In this document: positions 27,302 through 36,101 of the stretch, piece by piece
Position numbering within the stretch: the first letter of the stretch is position 1
How the letters are laid out: each line of letters begins with the position of its first letter
Source of the DNA: Chloroflexi bacterium OLB14
Lineage (GTDB): Bacteria > Chloroflexota > Anaerolineae > Anaerolineales > Villigracilaceae
Reading direction: 5' to 3'
Length of the DNA: 64,000 bases
Assembly (NCBI GenBank): GCA_001567105.1
Contig: LMZR01000072.1
Location: 25,576-89,575 of the forward strand
The notes under the pieces: generated by a model
Seen by the model: the letters and a program-made list of their open reading frames with translations, nothing else
What the model was told of the DNA's origin: nothing
Databases searched by the model: none
Position numbers and translations under genes: made by a program

Positions 27302-29694
27302 TAAAAGATTTTTGGGTATAAAGCAGGGTCAACTTCATTCATCATTTCATACACCGCATCAAAAACAGATTCGGCGCTGGGCTTAGACCAGTAATCTCCG
27401 TCACTTCCATAAGCAGGGCGGTGAGCTTTAGCAGAGAGAGTCTTGGCAGGAGAATCTAAATGGAAATAGCCGCCTTGTTTCTCAATCACTTCTTGCATCA
27501 TATAAGCAGTGATACCGCCTGGCACATCTTCATCTACAAACAAAATGCGATTTGTTTTCTTCAAAGATTCAAGAATATGATGATGAACATCAAACGGCAT
27601 TAACGATTGCACGTCAATCACTTCAACGTCAATATTAAATTTAGATAATTTATTTGCCGCATCCATCACGATACGACAACACGCGCCATAAGTGACAACT
27701 GTTACATCTTTACCATTACGAATTATTTCTGGCACACCCAATGGCACAGTGATTTCACCAATATTATCTGGCAAACGTTCTTTAACTCGATAACCGTTTA
27801 ATACTTCAACAACAATGGCGGGTTCATCGGCTTGTAATAATGTATTATAAAAACCAGCGGCACGAGTCATATCACGCGGAACTAAAACATACATACCACG
27901 AGTCAAATTCATTAAGCCAGACATGGGAGAACCTGCGTGCCAAATTCCTTCAAGGCGATGACCACGCGTGCGCACAATCACTGGAGATTTTTGTCCGCCT
28001 GCTGTGCGCCAATATAATGTTGCTAAATCATCACTCATGGTTTGCAAAGCATACAACACATAATCTAAATATTGAATCTCAGCGATGGGTCTCAAGCCGC
28101 GCATACCCAAACCAATTGCTTGACCTAAAATTGTCGCTTCACGAATGCCTGTATCTGTCACGCGTAACTCGCCATATTTTTCTTGCATTCCTTTGAAGCC
28201 TTGATTCACATCACCAAGTTTTCCAACATCTTCACCAAATGCAACTAAACGCGGTTCACGTTCTAATGCTAAATCAAATGCGGCGTTGATTACTTCAAAG
28301 CCAAACATGGTTGGTGAATTATCTGAATAAATTGGTTTCACTTCACTCACATTCATCGCCGTACCAGAATATAAATGCGAGCCATATCTTTCAGCGTTGA
28401 TTTTGTCGTAATCAAATTTCCATGCGGATAAAATTTGTTTTGTTGGATGTGACTCATCGTATAGGATTCTCAATGCTTCGTGTGCAAAGATGTGAACATC
28501 GCGCCTCGTATATGACGGGAGGCTTGATAGCCGTTCCTTCAACATTTGCAACTCTGACGCATGGTTGGATGATGATGCTAGCTCGTCAAACATATCCATT
28601 AACTGATTGCGTTCTTCGGTGATGGGGGAGAGATATGCTTCCCAAGCCGCTTTGCGGAATCCTTCAACAGATTCGTAATCGGCTTTTTCAACAGAATCAA
28701 GCTCACCCGAAGTCACGAAGCGTTCTTTGATCATCCACTCACGCATCTTTTTGAGTCCATCAAATTCTTCTTCCCACTTGAGTCGCTCAGCTGATTTATA
28801 TCTTTCGTGACTGCCAGAGGTTGAATGACCTTGCGGTTGAGTTACATCAAAAACATGCACCAAAGCAGGGATATGATTTTCACGCGCGGCATCTGTTGCG
28901 TTTTGATATGTTTCAAGCAAAGCGGGATAATCCCACGCGGGCACGGAATATAAATTAAAACCCGAATCATTTTCGCGTTCAAAACCTTTGAGCAATTTGC
29001 CGATATTGCCTTTGGTCATTTGATAATCATTTGGAACTGAAATGCCATAGCCATCATCATAAATTGAAATAACGGCAGGCGCTTTGAGAACGCCAATGGC
29101 ATTGACCGATTCCCAAAATAAACCTTCGGCGGCAGAAGCATTGCCAATGGTTACAAATGTTACTTCATTGCCATTGATTGAAAAATCTTTTTCGTTTTGT
29201 AATTCTTTAATATTGCGATATAAAACTGAAGCATAAGCCAACCCAACACTGCGTGGCATTTGTCCGCCTGTTGGTGAAATATCTGCTGATGTGTTGTAAA
29301 GTTGGGTTTGTGACTTCCATGTGCCATTAGGATATAAATGTCGCGTGGCGAAGTGCGCATTCATTTGTCTGCCCATGCTGGCTGGGTCATAGGTTGTATC
29401 AGCATGTGCATAAAGTTGTGCAAAAAATTCTTGGATGCTCATTGCGTTTAACATGAACATCCAAGTTTGGTCACGATAATAGCCTGAACGCCAATCCCCT
29501 TTTTGAAAGGCGTGTGCTATGGCAAGTTGCGGAATTTCTTTTCCATCACCGAAAATTCCAAATTTTGCTTTGCCACTTAAAACTTCTCTTCTACCGATAA
29601 GTGAAGCCTGCCTGCTTTGATAAGCAAGGCGATAATCTTTAAGTATTTCTTCTTTTTCAAGGGGAAGTGCAATCGAACCCTTTTTCTTGGGCAT
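27301..29694 (-). CDS. 2-oxoacid dehydrogenase E1 component, fused alpha/beta subunits
   Basis: 797 aa; TPP-binding alpha part followed by a transketolase-like beta part. Confidence 0.88.
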   Translation of the reverse strand: MPKKKGSIALPLEKEEILKDYRLAYQSRQASLIGRREVLSGKAKFGIFGDGKEIPQLAIAHAFQKGDWRSGYYRDQTWMFMLNAMSIQEFFAQLYAHADTTYDPASMGRQMNAHFATRHLYPNGTWKSQTQLYNTSADISPTGGQMPRSVGLAYASVLYRNIKELQNEKDFSINGNEVTFVTIGNASAAEGLFWESVNAIGVLKAPAVISIYDDGYGISVPNDYQMTKGNIGKLLKGFERENDSGFNLYSVPAWDYPALLETYQNATDAARENHIPALVHVFDVTQPQGHSTSGSHERYKSAERLKWEEEFDGLKKMREWMIKERFVTSGELDSVEKADYESVEGFRKAAWEAYLSPITEERNQLMDMFDELASSSNHASELQMLKERLSSLPSYTRRDVHIFAHEALRILYDESHPTKQILSAWKFDYDKINAERYGSHLYSGTAMNVSEVKPIYSDNSPTMFGFEVINAAFDLALEREPRLVAFGEDVGKLGDVNQGFKGMQEKYGELRVTDTGIREATILGQAIGLGMRGLRPIAEIQYLDYVLYALQTMSDDLATLYWRTAGGQKSPVIVRTRGHRLEGIWHAGSPMSGLMNLTRGMYVLVPRDMTRAAGFYNTLLQADEPAIVVEVLNGYRVKERLPDNIGEITVPLGVPEIIRNGKDVTVVTYGACCRIVMDAANKLSKFNIDVEVIDVQSLMPFDVHHHILESLKKTNRILFVDEDVPGGITAYMMQEVIEKQGGYFHLDSPAKTLSAKAHRPAYGSDGDYWSKPSAESVFDAVYEMMNEVDPALYPKIF

Positions 29695-29759
29695 GGATTT
29701 TCTCTCCTGATGGTTTTTGATTTGTATAGAGATTATAACAAAGGATGGATGTGGAAAGA

Positions 29760-29788
29760 AAAACTCCGAAGATTTACTTCGGAGTTTT
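29760..29788 (-). terminator. terminator hairpin downstream of the DUF2283 gene
   Basis: AAAACTCCGAAG attta CTTCGGAGTTTT. Confidence 0.6.
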
Positions 29789-29792
29789 GTAC

Positions 29793-30005
29793 TTATGTTG
29801 CAACCGTTTCAAATGCTACTCGAACTGCATCTGCCGATTGGTTTGTGAAGTTTAACTTTTCAAAACCAATAACTTTCCCGTCACGGTTTTTCATTAATAT
29901 TATTTCTTCACCAGTTTCTTCGGCTACATATTCTTCTGCTGGATTATCAAACCAAACGGTGAGAGTATTTCCCTCATGGTCAAAATAAACTTTTACTTGT
30001 GCCAT
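29793..30005 (-). CDS. DUF2283 domain protein (antitoxin-like partner)
   Basis: VYFDHEGNTLTVWF ... GKVIGFE pattern. Confidence 0.7.
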   Translation of the reverse strand: MAQVKVYFDHEGNTLTVWFDNPAEEYVAEETGEEIILMKNRDGKVIGFEKLNFTNQSADAVRVAFETVAT

Positions 30006-30230
30006 ACTTGAACTCCTTCTTTAATTGCATCTGTTGGATATGTTGTGATGAGAAAACCTTCATCACTTATCTGCTTTGAAACCGCACATAGTCATTTTGA
30101 CGTCCTCTTCTCGACCAGCCATAATGGGATGTTTAACCGTAACAATTAACTCCCAATAATCTTTGGTGACTCGAACTCGAAAACCAAGAGGTGTCATTAC
30201 TTCAAAAAGAATATCTTTCTCTTTAGTCAT
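29993..30230 (-). pseudogene. degraded small toxin-like gene upstream of DUF2283
   Basis: N-terminal part MTKEKDILFEVMTPLGFRVRVTKDYWELIVTVKHPIMAGREEDVKMT stops at 30063. The C-terminal part LCAVSKQISDEGFLITTYPTDAIKEGVQVWHK is in another frame and ends with TAA overlapping the DUF2283 ATG. The middle appears deleted. Confidence 0.5.
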
Positions 30231-30306
30231 AATTTATATTCTTATTTTACCTTTCTTTTGGTGGGCTTACATTGAAATTTCCTTCCACATCGGTTATAAA
30301 CTTGAC

Positions 30307-31431
30307 ATGAAATTACAAACCGCCCAAATCCAAGTTCCAGAAAATTTTATTGACCTCGGCAGAGGCGACCCAGATTTAGATTTATTGCCATTAAACTTTC
30401 TTCAGCAAGCCGCGCAGAATCGTTTGAGCCAAAGTGACAATGAATTTTTACAATATGGCACAGAAAAAGGTGATGGATATTTTCGGTCTGCTTTTGCGAA
30501 ATTTTTATCAAACAAATATAACTTCACAGTAGATATTGAATCGCTGTTAGTCACTTCGGGCATTTCAGCAGGGTTAGATTTACTGTGTACGCGCTTCACC
30601 AATCCAAACGATATTATTTTTGTAGAAGAGCCGACTTACTTTTTGGCATTAGAAATTTTTGCAGACCATGGACTTAAAGTCGTTTCTATTCAGACCGATG
30701 AGCATGGTTTGGTGATAGATGATTTGATGCTTAAATTGAAAGAGGCAAAACCCAAATTTGTGTATGTGATTCCAACATTTCAAAACCCAGGTGGGCGGAC
30801 GTTGAGTCAAATACGGCGTGAGCAATTGGTTTCATTAGCCAAAGAACATAATTTTTTAATTTTTGCAGATGAAGTTTATCAATTTTTGAATTACACCGAA
30901 ACACCACCGAATACATTAGCATCATTTGATTCGGAACAAGTCATATCACTTGGTTCATTCTCAAAGATTCTTGCTCCAGGGTTACGACTTGGTTGGTTGC
31001 AGACTCATCAATCGCTTATGCAAAGAATTACATCCGCTGGTATGTTGAGTAGCGGTGGTGGGATGAATCCATTTACCTCTGCTGTTGTGCGCGATGTGAT
31101 TGAATCTGGAAATTTGGAAAAAAAAATATTGTATCGCTCAAACAAATATTTACTCAACGCATAAAAAAGCATGGATGAATGTCTGCGGAAAAATATCCCC
31201 TCTGCTGAATTTACAACACCACATGGCGGATATTTTTTCTGGGTGCGAATCCCAAACGTGGATATGACTGAATTAAGAAAGAAAGCAAAAGAAAATTTTG
31301 TTGATCTTCGTCAAGGTGTTTTGTTTTCAAGCCAAAATGGATTGAAAGATTACATGCGTTTGAGCATCTCGTATTATGCTGAGAGTAAATTAGAAGAAGG
31401 CATTTTGAGATTGAAGAAATGTATTAGGTAA
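30307..31431 (+). CDS. class I/II PLP-dependent aminotransferase, interrupted by an in-frame TAA at 31162-31164
   Basis: DLGRGDPD, SFSKILAPGLRLGW (PLP Lys) and PHGGYFFW motifs. Start re-called to MKLQTAQ. The stop lies between A9 (31118-31126) and A6 (31163-31168) runs. Confidence 0.8.
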
Positions 31432-31554
31432 ATTTCGTACAGATCACAGAGATTTTTGAGTTTTTACCTAGAAGGCATGAGTTTAGGTGGAGTATAATGC
31501 TGTATATAAGTACTTAGACAGTCTGTATGCTATCTAACCATCCAATTTGGGTTA

Positions 31555-31577
31555 TTATACAGCCGTTGGCTGTATAA
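31555..31577 (+). promoter_or_regulatory. perfect 10-bp inverted repeat TTATACAGCC gtt GGCTGTATAA, 38 nt upstream of the motif-pair operon
   Basis: Direct read; further CTGTAT copies at 31499-31530. Confidence 0.4.
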
Positions 31578-31614
31578 ATCATAGTTAGCCCCTTCCTTTA
31601 GGAGAAAGTAATTT

Positions 31615-32034
31615 ATGGATCCGATAACATCTGCAATAATCGCCGCCCTAGCCGCAGGAGTCACTGCGGGATTAACTGATACAGCAAAAAAATTGATTTC
31701 GGATTTGTACAATACGATAAAGGAAAAAATAGGAAAAAAACACGGAAAAGATAGCAAAGCCATAAAGGCTATAAATGATTTAGAAAGTGAGCCTGATTTT
31801 GCGCCATATCAATCTGGTTTACAACAGCGAGTCAATGAACTGAAACTTGATAAAGACTCTGAATTAATAAGCCTAGCCACGAAGTTACTTTCAATAATTC
31901 AGGAATCCCAAAGTAAAGCAAATTTGCAAACAATCCAGAATGTTTATGGAAACGGAAATGCTGTGGCTGGGACTGGCGGAACTGCGACCATAAATGTTCA
32001 ACAAACCAAACCACGAAGGAGAAAAACACGATGA
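31615..32034 (+). CDS. small protein with an N-terminal Gly/Ala-rich hydrophobic helix and a C-terminal G/N-rich motif (Bell/HeLo-like effector candidate)
   Basis: AGGAGA RBS. MDPITSAIIAALAAGVTAGLTDTAKKL, helical middle, IQNVYGNGNAVAGTGGTATINVQQ, basic tail. Confidence 0.7.
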   Translation: MDPITSAIIAALAAGVTAGLTDTAKKLISDLYNTIKEKIGKKHGKDSKAIKAINDLESEPDFAPYQSGLQQRVNELKLDKDSELISLATKLLSIIQESQSKANLQTIQNVYGNGNAVAGTGGTATINVQQTKPRRRKTR

Positions 32035-32945
32035 ACGCACCTGTCCAACAAAAGGCATTTAGTCGGGATTTTTTTGACAGGCAAGACCCAACTGAAGGCA
32101 TCGGGGAATTAATTATTCCCTTTAGTTTCTCCAGTATTTATGATGAAATTGATAAAGACAGCAAATTATCAGAAATTTGCGCCGAACTCTATGATAAGGT
32201 TTTGGCGAAATTGAAATCTGGTGATTTGGGAAAAGACGTTCAAGTTGATGTTATTGACTACAAGGACGCAAAACAAGGTGGAAAGGAAAGTTCAAGAAAG
32301 TATTTGGCAATTACAAGAGAGACTAACCGAAAAACACGAATTACTATTTTGGCTCGTTTTCTGCCCTACGGGAACAAGTTATATGTGGGCGTTGATTCGT
32401 TTGTTTTGGGTAATACAAATTGGCTCAAAATCATAGGAACTATTGCTCTAACTCTCTCCCCATTTGTTTGTTATCTATTCACAGTTTTACCTGCCATAAT
32501 ACAAGGTATGGTTGCCAGCCTTAATCCTTTTGGCGGTGGCGGATACCAAAGCGATACTTTTGGACAAACCTTTTTATTAATCTTACAATATACATGCTGT
32601 TGTATTTTCCCCTGGCTAATTTTTGCGGTTATGTTTCTTTGGTTGAATACGGTCAGAAATTCCAGACATGAAGGCAATTTGCTTCTTGGTTTACGCCAGA
32701 GTTTCAACCAAATTCTTAACACTCGCTCGTTTAATATTGATGATATTTTGATGACATTGAAAAGTGTGTTGCCTCTGATTTTGAGTTCAATTAGAGAAGT
32801 CTTTGAAAAACATGATTTACCTGTAAAATCACTGGACGAATTCACTGCAACCATCCAAACCATAAATAATATCCAAAATGTTTATGGGTCAGGTAATGCG
32901 GTAGCAGGTGCTGGTGGTAAGGCAAGCGTGAGTCGTCCCAAATAA
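32031..32945 (+). CDS. membrane protein carrying the same C-terminal motif
   Basis: ATGA overlap with the upstream stop. Soluble N-domain, 3-4 TM helices, and C-terminal IQNVYGSGNAVAGAGGKASV. Confidence 0.7.
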   Translation: MNAPVQQKAFSRDFFDRQDPTEGIGELIIPFSFSSIYDEIDKDSKLSEICAELYDKVLAKLKSGDLGKDVQVDVIDYKDAKQGGKESSRKYLAITRETNRKTRITILARFLPYGNKLYVGVDSFVLGNTNWLKIIGTIALTLSPFVCYLFTVLPAIIQGMVASLNPFGGGGYQSDTFGQTFLLILQYTCCCIFPWLIFAVMFLWLNTVRNSRHEGNLLLGLRQSFNQILNTRSFNIDDILMTLKSVLPLILSSIREVFEKHDLPVKSLDEFTATIQTINNIQNVYGSGNAVAGAGGKASVSRPK

Positions 32946-33339
32946 AACGGGGCTAACAAAGCGTCCTCAGAAACAGCTAAGTCGGGGTGAGTTGGAAGCC
33001 TAATTTGGCGGCTTTCTTGTGTAAATATTTGAGTTGTCCCTAGCGATAACGCTTTTCATACTCACTGACACTCAACGGTTCGTATTCCACTGCTTTTGTT
33101 CGGCTTCATATCTGCCTATTTGCAGTATACTTCGTCTATCTCTCCTGTTTCTGCTTCCTTACAGGAAAATTTTTTTTCTTGCTTGGGTGCACCTGACGTG
33201 TGGGGACTCGGCGCACATCCCAAGCAGTTCTCGCCCTTTAGCCTTTTTCTGCTCGGACGGCTTCGCCGTCCTCGCCCAGCGCAGGTAACGCAAACCGTTG
33301 GGCGCTTCGCCAGAAATGATTTCAAGGAGAATTAAAATC

Positions 33340-33908
33340 ATGGGTTTTTTGATGGTTGGAGTGATTTTAAGACAACACCCGATAGCAAAATTATTTATTA
33401 TCCAAATAGTTTTTTGGGAAAAGGTTTTATCGTACCTAATCAAAAAAAGAAACAAGAAATTCAAAAATCTGCCAATCGGTTAAGTGCTATCTTTGTCGCT
33501 ATAACTGGTGTTATTCTTGCGGGAACATGGGTCAGTACATATCTATTTATTAATATAGGACGATGGCTTACTTTTTCATTTTTCATAGCATTCATGACGG
33601 GAAATTTAATTTGGTATCGTTACTCACTTACTAACTTAACAAAAGAACTTGTTGAAAGCAGCATAAGACTTTCGATATTTGAAAAATATTCAAATCTGCC
33701 CTTTTCTTCAAGCTTTGCTTCCCTGTTATTTTCAGAAATAGCCTATTTGTTTTTTGTTTATTATGGCTTTAAAATAATGAATGAAGTTATAAACTATGCT
33801 TGGTATGTTAGACCTGTAGGAATAGGTGTTTTTGCTTTTGGTATTCTAGGAAGCATTGTGTCTGGATATATGATTATATTAAGAGCAAAGGCACACTTTT
33901 CAAAATAA
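33340..33908 (+). CDS. hypothetical multi-pass membrane protein (probable -1 error in a T run near the 5' end)
   Basis: AAGGAG plus ATG at 33340 opens MGFLMVGVILRQHPIAKLFIIQIVF. Adding one T to the T6 run at 33410-33415 joins the 33414-33908 ORF, which otherwise has only a TTG start and no RBS. Confidence 0.45.
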
Positions 33909-33980
33909 TCACGCCCAACAAAGCGTGTAGCAGATGTTGGAGGCTCTTCTGCAATCCCAAGCATCTCCTTTTCTTTAGGT

Positions 33981-35972
33981 TTATACAGTTTTCAACCTCT
34001 CAGCCACAATCTCCGCCACATCTTTCACTTGAATAGTTCCACCATCGGCTTTAGAAGCATCAGTCATCATCGCCAAACAAAATGGACAACCCACAGCCAC
34101 TGTATCTGCCCCAGTAGATTTGGCTTCAGCAAAACGCGTTTTGTTGATACTGGCTGTGCCTGCTTCTTCTTCCTTCCACATTTGAGCGCCACCTGCACCA
34201 CAACAAAATGATTTTGCTCCATTGCGTGGCATTTCAACAAAATCTACACCAGCAGATTTCAAATCATCTCGCGGCGCATCTGTGATTTTGTTATGCCTAC
34301 CTAAATAACAGGGGTCATGGAAAGTGACTTTCATATTGTCACCTTCTAAGTTCATCGAAATTTTCCCTGCCCCAACTAATTCATTGATTAATTGCGTGTG
34401 ATGAATCACTTGATAATTTCCGCCGAAAGCAGGATATTCATTTTTGATGGTATGTAAACAATGTGGGCAAGTGGTCACGATTCGTTTCGGCGCAACCTCA
34501 TTTAAGATTTCAACATTTTGTGTTGCTAGCCCAAAGAAAATATCTTCACGCCCAGCACGGCGAGCCGAATCACCTGTGCAGGATTCGTTTTTTCCAAGCA
34601 CAGCATAATTGACTCCAGCCGTGTTCAAAATTTTTGCAAAAGCCTGAGCAGTTTTTTGTGCGCGTGAATCAGTAGCAGGCGCACAACCGACCCACCATAA
34701 AATTTCTGGCTCGGCATTTTGTTCAATGGTTGGCACGTTGATTCCTTCTGCCCATTTCATTCTGTCACCTTGCGAAACATTCCACGGATTTTGATTCCGC
34801 TCCATGCCTTTGAAAGCATTCTCCAATTGTTTTGGAAAACTACTTTCCATCATCGAAAGATTTCTGCGAATATCTAAAATATCGCGCATCGGTTCATTAC
34901 CAACAGGGCAAATATCCACACATGCGCCACAACTGGTACAAGCCCACACTGCTTCTTCCGAAATTAAATTTGTCATTGGTAAATCAATTGCGCCACCATA
35001 ATTCAAATGATAGCGTTTGTTAATTTCTAAAGCCGCAGGCGATAAAATTTTTCCAGTGTTATAAGCAGGGCAAACTTCTTGACAGCGAAAACATTGGATG
35101 CAAGCATAACTATCCATAATTTGTTCCCAGCCCAAATCTTTCATCTTTGCCGCGCCAAATTGTTCAATAGATGTATCATCCAAATTTATATAATTTAATT
35201 GACCAATAGATTTTCTTTCGGGCTTCAAGCCAAAATTTAATGGCGCGATAAATAAATGAATATGTTTTGAATATGGGAAATATGGAAGGAACGCCACAAC
35301 TGCCCCAAGCGATATCCACCAGGCGATATGTTCAAACGTGACTAACTGATTCGCTTCAATCCCTGACCATAAGCCTGATACTGCTGAGATAACTGGTTGC
35401 CAACTGTCAGTTTTTGCATGCTCCGCTAAATAAAACGATTCTTCCAACATACGCATAAAGTTATGTGTAAAGAATGTCGCAGTCACAATGGCTGAATCTC
35501 TTAAAATACCTGTGCGTGCTTTGGGATTTAATAAAGTTGTATCTCGTGTGGTTAATGTTGCAGGCTTTAAGATATATCGTCTAAATGACAATGCCAACAT
35601 GCCGAACATAATGCCAACGCCTGTCATATCTGCTAACAGGCGATATACATCACCGAATAAGCCAGTGTTATAAAAAAGTTTCCAACCTGTGAAACCATAA
35701 ATTAAATCGGATAGGTTAACCAATAAGAAGGAGAAAAATCCCCAGCCGATTAATCCATGTAACAAGCTGACGCCAAATCTGAAGCGGAAGACGGGCTTGA
35801 ACAAGCCGATTTTCAGAATCAAATCGCCTAGCCGTTTCCATAATAAAGACCAATCAATTTTTCCCTGCCCACTGGAAATATGATTCACAATTCGCATCAC
35901 ACCGCGATAGGTGTAATATAAAGAGGTGATGGTGAAGATGATAAAGATAATTTTTTCTACAAGACTGAGCAT
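33981..35972 (-). CDS. membrane-anchored (Fe-S)-binding oxidoreductase, HdrD/DsrK/GlpC-like
   Basis: N-terminal ~6 TM domain, two CxxCxxCxxxCP clusters, two CCG-type Cys-rich domains (FCCGAGG). Confidence 0.75.
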   Translation of the reverse strand: MLSLVEKIIFIIFTITSLYYTYRGVMRIVNHISSGQGKIDWSLLWKRLGDLILKIGLFKPVFRFRFGVSLLHGLIGWGFFSFLLVNLSDLIYGFTGWKLFYNTGLFGDVYRLLADMTGVGIMFGMLALSFRRYILKPATLTTRDTTLLNPKARTGILRDSAIVTATFFTHNFMRMLEESFYLAEHAKTDSWQPVISAVSGLWSGIEANQLVTFEHIAWWISLGAVVAFLPYFPYSKHIHLFIAPLNFGLKPERKSIGQLNYINLDDTSIEQFGAAKMKDLGWEQIMDSYACIQCFRCQEVCPAYNTGKILSPAALEINKRYHLNYGGAIDLPMTNLISEEAVWACTSCGACVDICPVGNEPMRDILDIRRNLSMMESSFPKQLENAFKGMERNQNPWNVSQGDRMKWAEGINVPTIEQNAEPEILWWVGCAPATDSRAQKTAQAFAKILNTAGVNYAVLGKNESCTGDSARRAGREDIFFGLATQNVEILNEVAPKRIVTTCPHCLHTIKNEYPAFGGNYQVIHHTQLINELVGAGKISMNLEGDNMKVTFHDPCYLGRHNKITDAPRDDLKSAGVDFVEMPRNGAKSFCCGAGGAQMWKEEEAGTASINKTRFAEAKSTGADTVAVGCPFCLAMMTDASKADGGTIQVKDVAEIVAERLKTV

Positions 35973-35992
35973 GAAGACTCCTAAATTTTACT

Positions 35993-36082
35993 TTGCTCTC
36001 TGCGCCGTACCCATGTCTGGGCATACATCCTCGGCGCAGAATAAGTTATAAATCGCCGCCGAGGACGGCGGCTTGAGCGTTT
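35993..36082. repeat. GC-rich double-hairpin REP element with a 23-nt insert in hairpin 1
   Basis: TGCTCTCTGCGCCG[TACCCATGTCTGGGCATACATCC]TCGGCGC ... CGCCGCCGAGGACGGCGGCTTGAGC. Confidence 0.6.
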
Positions 36083-36101
36083 TTAAACCTGCGGGACGGT
36101 T

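Noticed and set aside
31162-31164. In-frame TAA as programmed recoding or a non-standard genetic code
   Set aside because: TAA is used as a normal terminator by many genes in the window. The stop lies between two error-prone homopolymers.
31499-31577. CTGT-containing repeats as a LexA/SOS box
   Set aside because: The E. coli-type box is CTGT-N8-ACAG. Here the halves are in ACAG..CTGT order or spaced by 14 nt, so no SOS claim is justified.
31530-31763. 77-aa minus-strand ORF antisense to the start of the motif-pair operon
   Set aside because: It has no RBS. It overlaps a plus-strand gene that has a strong RBS and a coherent helix/motif architecture, and its composition is mirror-image hydrophobic.
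33034-33464. Five overlapping ORFs (both strands) in the GC-rich island
   Set aside because: They are mutually exclusive, Arg/Ser/Pro/Leu-rich junk translations with no RBS. The region is better explained as non-coding structured or repeat DNA.
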